Assembly: GCA_041665945.1 (NCBI GenBank)
Contig: JBAYHU010000004.1
Location: 34,336-98,335 of the forward strand
Length of the DNA: 64,000 bases
Reading direction: 5' to 3'
Source of the DNA: Candidatus Micrarchaeia archaeon
Lineage (GTDB): Archaea > Micrarchaeota > Micrarchaeia > Anstonellales > Anstonellaceae
Below are positions 36,544-45,049 of this stretch, in pieces. The notes under the pieces are model-generated. The model saw nothing but the letters and a program-made list of their open reading frames with translations. It ran no database searches and had not been told where the DNA came from. The position numbers and the translations under genes were made by a program. Position 1 is the first letter of the stretch. Each line of letters starts with the position of its first letter.

Positions 36544-36789
36544 ATGAAAGGGCAGCTTTCAGTCGAAATGCTCGTCGTCTTGGTGGTTATTCTGGGAGTT
36601 GTCGCGCTCGTGGCATCTGTTCTCATGGACAGCGCGAACAAGGCGGCAACGCAGGCAAACGCCCGCGCGAATGCGACAATCGGCGAGTGCAAGCCGAATC
36701 TGGAATCATGCAGCGCAAACTCAGAATGCTGCTCTTACCGCTGCTCAGCAAATGGCGAGTGCATCTCGTCGTCCGCCATCAGCCCATAG
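36544..36789 (+). CDS. class III signal peptide (type IV pilin-like) protein with a six-Cys knottin-like C-terminus
   Basis: MKGQ/LSVEMLVVLVVILGVVALV matches the archaeal prepilin pattern [KR]G[QA]-x-S-x-E plus hydrophobic helix. GGTGGTG precedes the ATG. C-terminus is C-x6-C-x5-CC-x3-C-x5-C. Confidence 0.7.
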   Translation: MKGQLSVEMLVVLVVILGVVALVASVLMDSANKAATQANARANATIGECKPNLESCSANSECCSYRCSANGECISSSAISP

Positions 36790-36798
36790 GGTAATTCC

Positions 36799-37206
36799 GT
36801 GGGGGCACGCACACCATCCGCTTCCTCCTTTGCAAAAGCCCAGATTTCCCTCGAAGCGCTCATGCTTTTCGCGCTTTTCCTCGCCATGCTTGCGATAGTG
36901 CTTGCAAGCTCCTCTCAAATACGCGGCATGGCGCAGAACAGGACCGATGCGGCGATTTCGCAGCAGGCGTTCAACGACTTTTCCTCCAAGGCAGGGCGCG
37001 CGTGCGCGCTTGGGGATGGGAACGTGCGCGTGTTTTCCACGCAGGGCGCGGCGTCAATCTCCGGCACTGGAAGCAAGTCGCTTGTTTTCACCATGCTCAA
37101 TATTACACACAATCTTGAGCTGCCTTGCGATATCGGCGGCTTGCCTGCCTCTCCCTCAAACTCCTTCACAATAGAAAACAAGGGCGGAACAATCGAAATA
37201 ACCTAG
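36799..37206 (+). CDS. second class III signal peptide (pilin-like) protein
   Basis: FAKAQ/ISLEALMLFALFLAMLAIVL pilin-like N-terminus. GTG start inferred, since there is no ATG upstream of the motif. Confidence 0.55.
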   Translation: MGARTPSASSFAKAQISLEALMLFALFLAMLAIVLASSSQIRGMAQNRTDAAISQQAFNDFSSKAGRACALGDGNVRVFSTQGAASISGTGSKSLVFTMLNITHNLELPCDIGGLPASPSNSFTIENKGGTIEIT

Positions 37207-37799
37207 GCAAGCTCCCTGAGAAGTTTTCTGCACTCTTCCTCTTTCGTGCCGTCAATCATAATAGTCCGGACTCCCGCCGCCTCGCCCGCCATCCTGTCCT
37301 CCTCGTTGTCGCCGATGAAAATCGCTTCGGACGGCTTCACATGCAGCTTGGCAAGCGCGAGATTTATCATCCCCGGATCGGGTTTCGCAGGCGCATCCGC
37401 GCTTGTCACTATCGCGACAAAGCGGTCGGCAATGCCCAGCATTTCAAGCACAGGGATTGCGCTTGATTTCCTGTTCGACGCCGCCGCAAGGTAATATTTC
37501 TTCGCAAGCTCCGGCACCGCCCTTGCAAGCTGCGTCGGCTTGACAATGAATAGATTTTTCTGCGTGATGACGGACAGCCTCCTCAGCATCTTCGCAAGCA
37601 GTTCCCTGTCCTGTGATAGCGTCGGCACAAGCGCAATCAGCACGGAGTCCGCGCTGTGCGCTGTTGACATGCCCCTGACTTTTTCAGGCGGAACATTCTG
37701 CCCGAACTCCGCGAGAAGCGATATGGTATTCTGCACCACAGCCTCGCGCGAGTCTGCAAGAACGCCGTCAATGTCGAAGATAATCGCCTTTACTGCCAT
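37203..37799 (-). CDS. HAD-superfamily hydrolase
   Basis: Motif I IIFDIDGVL, motif II AAASN, motif IV IFIGDNEED. Confidence 0.8.
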   Translation of the reverse strand: MAVKAIIFDIDGVLADSREAVVQNTISLLAEFGQNVPPEKVRGMSTAHSADSVLIALVPTLSQDRELLAKMLRRLSVITQKNLFIVKPTQLARAVPELAKKYYLAAASNRKSSAIPVLEMLGIADRFVAIVTSADAPAKPDPGMINLALAKLHVKPSEAIFIGDNEEDRMAGEAAGVRTIMIDGTKEEECRKLLRELA

Positions 37800-38836
37800 T
37801 GAATCATCCGGTTCTTTTCAGCTTCGCGGTCCCTGCACAGAAGCACGACTCGCGAAGGGATATGCGCGTCCGAAACAATATAACCGGACAGCTTCGCAAG
37901 CCTTTCCGCAAGCTTTTCTATCTCATCCGTTTCAAGCATGTCTCCCGCGCTCAAGCCGCGCCCCTTTCCCCTTGCCCCGCCGACAAAAACCATGCTTTTT
38001 ACCTCGACATAATGCGGCTGCGCGATTCTTATCTGTGCAGCATACCCTTCCAAATCCGAATCATTCAATCCGCGCGCAATGGTCATACGAAGCACTGTTC
38101 TCGTCCTCTTCCCGATTTCCGGCATCAGTTCCAGCATGCGCAGGTACTTTTTCCACAATCCCGCGGAAACCGGGCGAATCGCGCTATTGTAGACTTGCTC
38201 GTTTGGCGCAACCATGGAAACATAGAATTGCGTCGGCAACGTTTTCCACTTCTCCACCCTCTCGGGAAAAGTGCCGTTCGTCACAAGGAAAGTCGTCATG
38301 CCCTTTTTATGGAAAGTTTCCAGCAGCTTCTCAAGGTGCGGATACATGGTCGGCTCGCCCGTAAGCGACAAGGCAACGTGCTTGGGGGAATTCGCCTCAG
38401 CATACAATTTCTTCGCCACCTTCGGGTTTCCTCCGAAGCCGGATACAATGTCTTTCTGCGCGGCAATGAGCCAGTCCGCGATTTTTTCCGGCTCGTCCCA
38501 CTTGAATTTCCTGCCAGGCATATCGTCGAATTTCATTTTCTTCTCGGGCATCATGCGCCAGCAGAAAACGCAGGCGTGGTTGCAGAACAGGAGCACGGGC
38601 GTGCACTGCAGGCAGCGGTGCGAGGCTATCCCGTAAAATTTATTCTTGTAGCAGCCGTCTCCGCCCTTCAGGGCAACATCCGCCCAATGGCATATTTTCA
38701 CAGCCGAGTGCTCTCCCGCAATATGGTATTTTTGCTTTACCAGCGCCAGAAGGAGCCCGTCCGGTATTGTCTTGTTCTCCAAGCGCACGCGCCGGTAGTA
38801 TTTCCCCTTCTCAATCTGCTGCCTGCGCCGAGCCAT
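37790..38836 (-). CDS. taw1: tRNA 4-demethylwyosine synthase (radical SAM, TYW1/Taw1)
   Basis: Auxiliary cluster region CHWADVALKGGDGCYKNKFYGI, radical-SAM motif CNHACVFCWR, LSLTGEPTMYP. Confidence 0.9.
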   Translation of the reverse strand: MARRRQQIEKGKYYRRVRLENKTIPDGLLLALVKQKYHIAGEHSAVKICHWADVALKGGDGCYKNKFYGIASHRCLQCTPVLLFCNHACVFCWRMMPEKKMKFDDMPGRKFKWDEPEKIADWLIAAQKDIVSGFGGNPKVAKKLYAEANSPKHVALSLTGEPTMYPHLEKLLETFHKKGMTTFLVTNGTFPERVEKWKTLPTQFYVSMVAPNEQVYNSAIRPVSAGLWKKYLRMLELMPEIGKRTRTVLRMTIARGLNDSDLEGYAAQIRIAQPHYVEVKSMVFVGGARGKGRGLSAGDMLETDEIEKLAERLAKLSGYIVSDAHIPSRVVLLCRDREAEKNRMIQWQ

Positions 38837-38845
38837 GCCGCTCCC

Positions 38846-39061
38846 CTACTTTTTCTTCTTCACCGAAAACACGTAGACAAGGGCCGCCATGGCGATGCAA
38901 ATCAGCCCGACCGCCGGCAGCAGCTGGACAAACCACACCGAAGGCGAATCGACGCTCTCACCGAGAAGCATCACGAGGACCCACGGGGCAACAACCGATG
39001 CCAGCAGTAAAATTATGCCAATCGCGGCAAGCGCAATTGCCAGAAAAAGTTCCTCAAGCAT
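38846..39061 (-). CDS. small two-TM membrane protein
   Basis: 71 aa, two hydrophobic helices and a KKKK tail; 9 nt upstream of taw1 on the same strand. Confidence 0.5.
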   Translation of the reverse strand: MLEELFLAIALAAIGIILLLASVVAPWVLVMLLGESVDSPSVWFVQLLPAVGLICIAMAALVYVFSVKKKK

Positions 39062-39176
39062 GCGTATCCCGGATGCATTTCTCCAGCCCGTTATTTAAAC
39101 TGTCGCCTGCGCAACATATTTTACCAACACGGCTTTCCGCTGGCGTTTTTTCATAAGCACGCGGAGAGGTGGCAAT

Positions 39177-40373
39177 ATGGCAATACAAATCGATTTCGTT
39201 CCCAAGAAAAAATCGCTCACGGTGTCGCAGCCCGAATCGGTCTCCTCGCTTGTCAACGGGCACTACGGCTACATGAAAAAGGGCACCATACACCTTTTCC
39301 CAGAGGAAGCGCTCTATCTCATGGACATAAGAAACGCGCGCTGCCACGACTCTCATCTCAACGAATACAAGTTCAACGACGTGGCAAAGCACTTCCCGCG
39401 CAAGAAGCAGATGGCATGCTACTTCACCTACAAGGACTGGCGCGACCGCGGATTGATTGCGCGGCAAGTATCTGAAATCTGCGAGAAATACGGCAGGAAC
39501 AGCTCGAAGAAATATCCCGGCGGCGAATTGTCGCTTGACCGTTACTCGCTCCAAGGAAGATTCTATTCCGACGACCTCTGGACAATCATTGACGATGAAG
39601 TTGTGGGCAAGGACCTCTACGACCGCTACTGGTTCGGGCAGTTCGGCTCCTACAAGGCAGAGCAGCGCGGCAAGCTCTCAAAACTTGACGCCTACGAAAC
39701 CCTTTTCCTCATGCGCCACGCGGGCATGCGGTTACAGAACGCGGACGAGAAGCAGATTGTGGCGGCCGCGAAAAAGCGGCACAAGTTCTTCAACGAGCTT
39801 TACGACGTTTACGAGGACTGGCGCTTGCACGGTTTTGTCCTGAAGACAGGCTTCAAGTTCGGCACGCACTTCCGCCTTTACTTCCCCGGCGCATCCCCTG
39901 TGCGCGCGAACGCGGAATGGATTCACAGCAAGCACGTGATACACTGCTTCCCGCGCGCCTCCAAGCTCCTGATTTCCGAGTGGGCGCGCGCAATCCGCGT
40001 GGCGCACTCCGTGAAAAAGACGTTCGTGCTTGCCATCCCCGGTGTTCCGAAAAAGGCAAAAGCTGCGAAGGCGAAATCAAAAGCCGGCGACCTTCACACC
40101 ACGCTTGACTTCCTGCTCTACCACCGCCTGCACGGCGGGATTGAAAACCCGAAAACAGGCAAGCCGAAATACCTCGTGCTCTCGCTTTCGGAAGAGGAAT
40201 ACATCGGCGGCGAGGAGCTTGCAGACGCAATCTCGCAATGCAAGCGCATAGGCATCGAGCTTCTTCTCGCGATTTGCGACAGGGAAACTTCTGTCACATA
40301 CTACGCAGTGAAGAGGATTGAGGTTCCGGGCAGCAAGTACGAATACTACGAAATAGAATGGGAGCAGCCCTAG
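39177..40373 (+). CDS. endA: tRNA-splicing endonuclease, fused three-unit form
   Basis: 398 aa. N-terminal EndA-like unit (EEALYLMD, YKDWRDRGLIA). Central catalytic unit with Tyr/His/Lys intact (GFKFGTHFRLY, IHSKHVI, VAHSVKKTFVLA). C-terminal structural unit (YLVLSL...LLLAICDRETSVTYYAV). Confidence 0.85.
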   Translation: MAIQIDFVPKKKSLTVSQPESVSSLVNGHYGYMKKGTIHLFPEEALYLMDIRNARCHDSHLNEYKFNDVAKHFPRKKQMACYFTYKDWRDRGLIARQVSEICEKYGRNSSKKYPGGELSLDRYSLQGRFYSDDLWTIIDDEVVGKDLYDRYWFGQFGSYKAEQRGKLSKLDAYETLFLMRHAGMRLQNADEKQIVAAAKKRHKFFNELYDVYEDWRLHGFVLKTGFKFGTHFRLYFPGASPVRANAEWIHSKHVIHCFPRASKLLISEWARAIRVAHSVKKTFVLAIPGVPKKAKAAKAKSKAGDLHTTLDFLLYHRLHGGIENPKTGKPKYLVLSLSEEEYIGGEELADAISQCKRIGIELLLAICDRETSVTYYAVKRIEVPGSKYEYYEIEWEQP

Positions 40374-41365
40374 TCGCGCCTGTTCGGGTAGTCTTCGCGC
40401 TTTACGACGCCCGGAATCAGACACTTCTCAATCGCGTCTTCAAGCGGATATAGCTTCAGGAATTCTCCAAGCTTGGCAGTGTCAATCGCCCTTGGGTCGC
40501 GAACAGTATTTCCGTAAGAATCGAGCGGCTCGAAGAAAACGTGCAAACGCCTGTCATTATCAGGAAGGCCATAATATTCGAAGTGGACGCCGGTAAACGC
40601 ACCCAGTTCCCTTGCAACTTTCGCTTCACCTATCTCCAGCAATCTGTGTTCTCCCCGCCTGCCTATTTCCGAATCTATCCTGCCCAGCGGCTTGTACGGC
40701 TGTTCGGAATAGCTGATGGAAACCGTGCTTCCGGCAAGCGTGTGCTCCTGCCACGTGGAAACGTCCGAGTCGCTGCGATAACCTCGTTCAGAAAGAGCCA
40801 GCTTCATTTCCGTGTCTATATCCATCCACGCGTCCTGCCTGTCTTTCGGCAGGACTGCCGCCAGATTATGAAATGCGAGGATATAATCTTTCAACGATGT
40901 GCCGGAGGACAGCTCGAAAGTCGGCGTTTCCTCACTCAGGACTTCCTTTATCAGGTTTTCAGCCGATTGGAACGTTGCAGGCCGGATATTCCGCTTCATT
41001 CCCATGAATAATTCCTCGGTCATCCGCACGCCCTCTATGTGGAGCGCATACACTTTCGCCGGCTTGTCGTTGTTGTCCACCTGGTACTTGAAGCCGTCCG
41101 TCCCTTCGGTGTCAAACACATCTGAGAAGTTTTCAGAGAATGCGCGCCTGATTGCGACCATCGTTTCCTTGTCAATCAACCCACCTGATTCAGCTTCAGC
41201 CAAAGTGCACTGGTAGGTTCGTCTTACGTCGCTCAATGAGGGAATTTTCAGCCCCTCGACGCACTGTTTGTATTTCTCGAAAATCTTGGCGGCTTTTGCC
41301 TTGGCTATGGTCTCGCGTATTACTGGAAGGAATTTGGCGTGCTGCGAGCCGGGCTGAACCTGCAT
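40370..41365 (-). CDS. uncharacterised protein, family X copy A (331 aa)
   Basis: Internal ATG (MQVQPG...) with GTTTATATAC 23 nt upstream. The C-terminal ~140 aa are clearly homologous to CDS 45711..46379. Its stop shares CTAG with the endA stop. Confidence 0.65.
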   Translation of the reverse strand: MQVQPGSQHAKFLPVIRETIAKAKAAKIFEKYKQCVEGLKIPSLSDVRRTYQCTLAEAESGGLIDKETMVAIRRAFSENFSDVFDTEGTDGFKYQVDNNDKPAKVYALHIEGVRMTEELFMGMKRNIRPATFQSAENLIKEVLSEETPTFELSSGTSLKDYILAFHNLAAVLPKDRQDAWMDIDTEMKLALSERGYRSDSDVSTWQEHTLAGSTVSISYSEQPYKPLGRIDSEIGRRGEHRLLEIGEAKVARELGAFTGVHFEYYGLPDNDRRLHVFFEPLDSYGNTVRDPRAIDTAKLGEFLKLYPLEDAIEKCLIPGVVKREDYPNRRD

Positions 41366-41403
41366 GCTTTTTTCGTGATAAGAAGTGTTTATATACGTGT
41401 TGA

Positions 41404-42177
41404 TTAGCCCGCCCCTTCCGACTTGGGCTCGCCGAATTTCTCGCGTATTATGCCAATCGCCCTTGCCTGCCTCATCTTCGAGCGTATCGCCCACGGCCTT
41501 CGCAAAAGCTCGACAGGGAGGGGGACGAAGAAAAGCGCGCCGTCAATCACCTGCTCCCTGACGGATTCGCGGTTGTAGGATGGCGCGGAGTTCCGCAGGA
41601 AAAAACCATCCTTCTTTTTGGACATCTGGACCAGCGTGTCCACCATCATCGCCTGCGCGAATTCCACCCACACGCCGATTTTCAGCACAGCCTTGCTCAC
41701 GATTGTGCAGAGGATGAACAGTGCGACTTCCTTGGAGTTCGCGTCAAGGTGCACCTGCCCCGAAGCAGGCGTGAAGAGGTTGATTGCCCACGATGCCGCG
41801 TTGAGCGCCGGCTCGGAGATGGATGAAAAATAATTCAGGACGCCCGAAACGCCGCGCAGGACTGCATCTATTCGCGACTCGGCTCCAACACTCATTGCCC
41901 CGCTGGAATAGGTGATGGCGATTGCCACTGTTCCAAGATTCGCTGCCTCAAGCGCGTAATCCGTCTTCGTGAGGATGTTAGCGAGCATGAACCCGCCCCT
42001 GACGCCGAACTTTCCAAGCGTTTTTTTCTCGCAAACCGTAATCTTTTCGCGCATCCATCTTCCGGCGTTTTTCGGGCTCAACTCCATGAGCTTGTTCCTG
42101 AATGGCGAGCCCTGCGCAGGGCTGGCGACAGATGCATCTGGGAAGTCGATTTTCTCCTGCTTCCTGAAGCGGAACAT
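41404..42177 (-). CDS. hypothetical membrane-associated protein
   Basis: 257 aa from ATG 42177; hydrophobic segments GTVAIAITYSSGAMSVGA and VALFILCTIVSKAVLKIGVWV. Confidence 0.5.
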   Translation of the reverse strand: MFRFRKQEKIDFPDASVASPAQGSPFRNKLMELSPKNAGRWMREKITVCEKKTLGKFGVRGGFMLANILTKTDYALEAANLGTVAIAITYSSGAMSVGAESRIDAVLRGVSGVLNYFSSISEPALNAASWAINLFTPASGQVHLDANSKEVALFILCTIVSKAVLKIGVWVEFAQAMMVDTLVQMSKKKDGFFLRNSAPSYNRESVREQVIDGALFFVPLPVELLRRPWAIRSKMRQARAIGIIREKFGEPKSEGAG

Positions 42178-42237
42178 GTGCCGGATATGGCACAACGTGT
42201 TTTTATGCGCTTTGCCAACAGACGGGAAGTCAGGCGG

Positions 42238-43161
42238 CTACTTCAGCTCTTTTTTGAGCTTTGCAATCAGCTTCTTGTTGCCGAGGTAAAGCGGAGTCCT
42301 CGAGTCCACGTTCTTGTCAAACGAGTCCAGAAGCGAGCCCTTGCCATCGAAGCTCGCGCCTCCAGCCTGCTCCCAGAGGAATGACATGGGCGCGCCCTCA
42401 TACGCGAGCCTCAGCTTGCCCTTGGGGCATTTCTTTGTGGATGGGTAGGCGAAGATGCCGCCCCTGTGCAGTATCTGCGAGAAATCCGCGACGAACGTGC
42501 CGGAATACCTCACCTTCAGCCTCTCCTTCCTGAACAGGTTCTTGGCGAATTTCATGAATGACGGGCTCCAGTCAAGCGGGTCGCCGCCGATTCCGAACAC
42601 CTCGCCCGGCTCAGGTACCTTCATATTCTCGGCAAGCAGGTAGAACTGCGCAGTGCCTGCGCCGTCGTAGTGCTTCACGAACTCATGTGTTCCCTTGCCC
42701 ACCGTGTAGACGAAAGTGTTGACCGGCCCGAAAAGCTTGTAGAACGAGGCGACCAGCTTCCTGCCCTTCTGCGGCAAGTCGTCGCGGTATACGCCGATAA
42801 TCGCGCCGAACGCGTTGTTGCTCACGATGTTCGAGGAGCCGTCCAGCGGGTCCATGGTGACGACAAACGGCGCGTCTTCATGAGCCGAGAGGGGCGTCTT
42901 CAGCTCCTCGGAATAAATCTTTCGCACCAGGCCGGTCTTCACAAGCTCGTCGCAGAAGTAGCCGTTCACCCACTCATCGAGCTTTGCGACTGCCTCGCCA
43001 TACTTGTTTTTGTCGCCAATCGTGCCGCGAAGGTATTTCGGGAACCTGTGCTGCGCGTCAAGCGAGAGGTAGGCGAAGCTGTTGATGAGCTTGCGCAGGT
43101 CGGTGTCCACGCCGGACTGCTTAAGGTGCTGCGAAAGGGTAATCATTTCCGAAAAGTCCAT
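42238..43161 (-). CDS. fbp: fructose-1,6-bisphosphatase class 1
   Basis: DPLDGSSNI metal-binding motif, GKLRLAYEGAPMSFL; 307 aa. Confidence 0.9.
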   Translation of the reverse strand: MDFSEMITLSQHLKQSGVDTDLRKLINSFAYLSLDAQHRFPKYLRGTIGDKNKYGEAVAKLDEWVNGYFCDELVKTGLVRKIYSEELKTPLSAHEDAPFVVTMDPLDGSSNIVSNNAFGAIIGVYRDDLPQKGRKLVASFYKLFGPVNTFVYTVGKGTHEFVKHYDGAGTAQFYLLAENMKVPEPGEVFGIGGDPLDWSPSFMKFAKNLFRKERLKVRYSGTFVADFSQILHRGGIFAYPSTKKCPKGKLRLAYEGAPMSFLWEQAGGASFDGKGSLLDSFDKNVDSRTPLYLGNKKLIAKLKKELK

Positions 43162-43195
43162 AAAAGCGCCTCCCTATCCGTTGCATATTCGCTTG

Positions 43196-43957
43196 TCAGC
43201 CGAAGATGACTTTTTTGATGCCCTCGGTTATCTTGAGCGGGTTCTCGTTCTGCCAGACGTTCCTGCCGACCGCAAGCCCGCTTCCGTTGCCAGCCATTAT
43301 GTCGCGCACCTTGGCGAGGAACTCCTCATCCGGCTGCTTGCTCCCTCCTGCGGAGATGACGCGGCACCGTCCCGCAGAGGCTGCAACCCACTTCATGGCG
43401 TCAATCGAGCCAGGGTAGTTGATTTTCACGACGTCAGCGCCAAGCTCCATGGCAACGCGCGCCGCGTATGCCACGGTGTCCTTGGATTTCTCGTCCTTGA
43501 CGTGTTTTCCGCGCGGGTATGCCCACACCACGCAGGCAAGCCCGTAGTCGTGCGCCTCGCGCTCGATTTGCCCGAACTCCCGGAACATCTGCGCCTCCAT
43601 AGGCGAGCCCACGTAAAGCGTGTAGCCGATTGCGTCTGCGCCCAAATCCACGGCTTCCTTGACCGAGGCAACAGGCGATGAGTAGCAGTCGTCCTTGGGG
43701 ACAATATTCGTCCTTCCGTTGAGTTTGAGGACAAGGGGCACCTTGCCGGAATAGCACTCCTTGTAGAGCTTTGCCACGCCCTTTTGCAGGGCAAATCCCG
43801 TAAATCCGCCCTTGCACGCGATGTCGCAGACGTATTCAGGGTTGATGTTCTTGGCGTTGAAGTCAGTCGGCCCGTGCTCCATGCCTTGGTCCATTGCCAG
43901 TATGAGTATCTTGCCGTTTTTCACTATTTTTCCCAGGTGCGCTTCCTTTGCTTTCAT
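43196..43957 (-). CDS. fba: archaeal-type class I fructose-bisphosphate aldolase (DhnA/FbaB family; an ADH-synthase-type paralog cannot be excluded)
   Basis: LAMDQGMEHGP, VLKLNG, VKINYPG (Schiff-base Lys region). Internal ATG preceded by GGTGGA. Confidence 0.8.
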   Translation of the reverse strand: MKAKEAHLGKIVKNGKILILAMDQGMEHGPTDFNAKNINPEYVCDIACKGGFTGFALQKGVAKLYKECYSGKVPLVLKLNGRTNIVPKDDCYSSPVASVKEAVDLGADAIGYTLYVGSPMEAQMFREFGQIEREAHDYGLACVVWAYPRGKHVKDEKSKDTVAYAARVAMELGADVVKINYPGSIDAMKWVAASAGRCRVISAGGSKQPDEEFLAKVRDIMAGNGSGLAVGRNVWQNENPLKITEGIKKVIFG

Positions 43958-44220
43958 AATATCCACCTCTATAGCGGAAAAAACGGGTTGAAAAGTTATA
44001 AAACGCACCCATGCCCGTCCCAAGCCGGATGGGGGCAAATGCCCGAAAATGGCGGGTTTCCGCCCTTTTCCCGCCGCGGCTCCTGCGAATGGCGCAGGGG
44101 TAGCATATTTTAAACCTTCTTCGAGAATATAGAGAAAAGCCCTTAGGCTACGGGCTCTTTCATGATTTATAAGGTATAGACGTGGCTGGCACGCACGGCC
44201 GCGCCTTTTCGGGTGCGTTT

Positions 44221-44832
44221 ATGTATTTTGTATTGACATGCAAGGACAAGGTACGGCTTCCAGCGCAGCTCTTCGCCCTCAAGCTCGAGGACGCGCTGAC
44301 GCAAATCCTGCGCGAGAAATACGAGCGCAGGGTTGACAAGGACGCCGGAGTCGTGCTCTCGCTTTGGAATGCAAAGCCGCAGGGCGACGGACTCGTAATC
44401 GCCGGCGACAACGCCGCTTATTACGAAGTCTCCTTCGACGTGCTCGCTTACCACCCCCTTGTCAACGAGGTAATCGAGACTGACGTGTCCGAAATAGTCG
44501 AGTTCGGCGCTTTCCTCTCTCTTGGCCCCATGGAAGGGCTTGTCCACCTCTCGCAGATTGCCAACGACTTTTTGACCTACAACAAGAAGACGCAGGCGTT
44601 CACCGGCAGGGAGAGCAAGAAGGTCTTCCGCAAGGGCGACCACGTGTTTGCCAAGATTTCAACGGTCAGCATGAAGAACAACATCCCCGAGACGAAAATC
44701 GGCCTGACAATGCGCCCTGACGGGCTGGGCAAGGACGAATGGCTGACTGCCCACAGCAAGCCCGCTGCGGCTGAAGAAGCCGGCGAGAAGAAGGAGAAAA
44801 AGAAGAAGGCGAAAGAGGAGAAAGCCTCCTGA
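44221..44832 (+). CDS. rpo7: DNA-directed RNA polymerase subunit Rpo7 (E') with a Lys/Glu-rich tail
   Basis: MYFVLTCKDKVRLPA N-terminal domain, S1 domain (VSEIVEFGAFLSLGPMEGLVHLSQI); followed by spt4. Confidence 0.9.
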   Translation: MYFVLTCKDKVRLPAQLFALKLEDALTQILREKYERRVDKDAGVVLSLWNAKPQGDGLVIAGDNAAYYEVSFDVLAYHPLVNEVIETDVSEIVEFGAFLSLGPMEGLVHLSQIANDFLTYNKKTQAFTGRESKKVFRKGDHVFAKISTVSMKNNIPETKIGLTMRPDGLGKDEWLTAHSKPAAAEEAGEKKEKKKKAKEEKAS

Positions 44833-44844
44833 TAAGGTGCGTTT

Positions 44845-45033
44845 ATGAAAGCTTGCACGAACTGCAGACTCATAGTCAACGAAGCCACGGAATGCCCGCA
44901 GTGCCACTCGCAGAACCTTACGGCGAAATTCATGGGGCAGCTCGTGGTGGTCGAGCCGGAGAAATCCGAAATAGGCAAGAAGCTGGACATCAAGATGCCC
45001 GGCAGGTACGCAATCAAGATTCAAGGGCAGTAA
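44845..45033 (+). CDS. spt4: transcription elongation factor Spt4 (RpoE'')
   Basis: 62 aa; C4 zinc motif CTNC...CPQC; conserved position after rpo7. Confidence 0.85.
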   Translation: MKACTNCRLIVNEATECPQCHSQNLTAKFMGQLVVVEPEKSEIGKKLDIKMPGRYAIKIQGQ

Positions 45034-45049
45034 TAAGGGGTTGAATGTT

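Noticed and set aside
37799-39010. 403-aa plus-strand ORF
   Set aside because: It is antisense to the clearly recognisable taw1 radical-SAM gene and the small membrane gene. The Arg/His-rich product is typical of shadow ORFs in GC-rich DNA.
40370-40373. Palindromic CTAG serving as the stop codon for both endA (+) and the family X gene (-)
   Set aside because: This is a real but trivial consequence of convergent genes abutting. No regulatory meaning can be supported.
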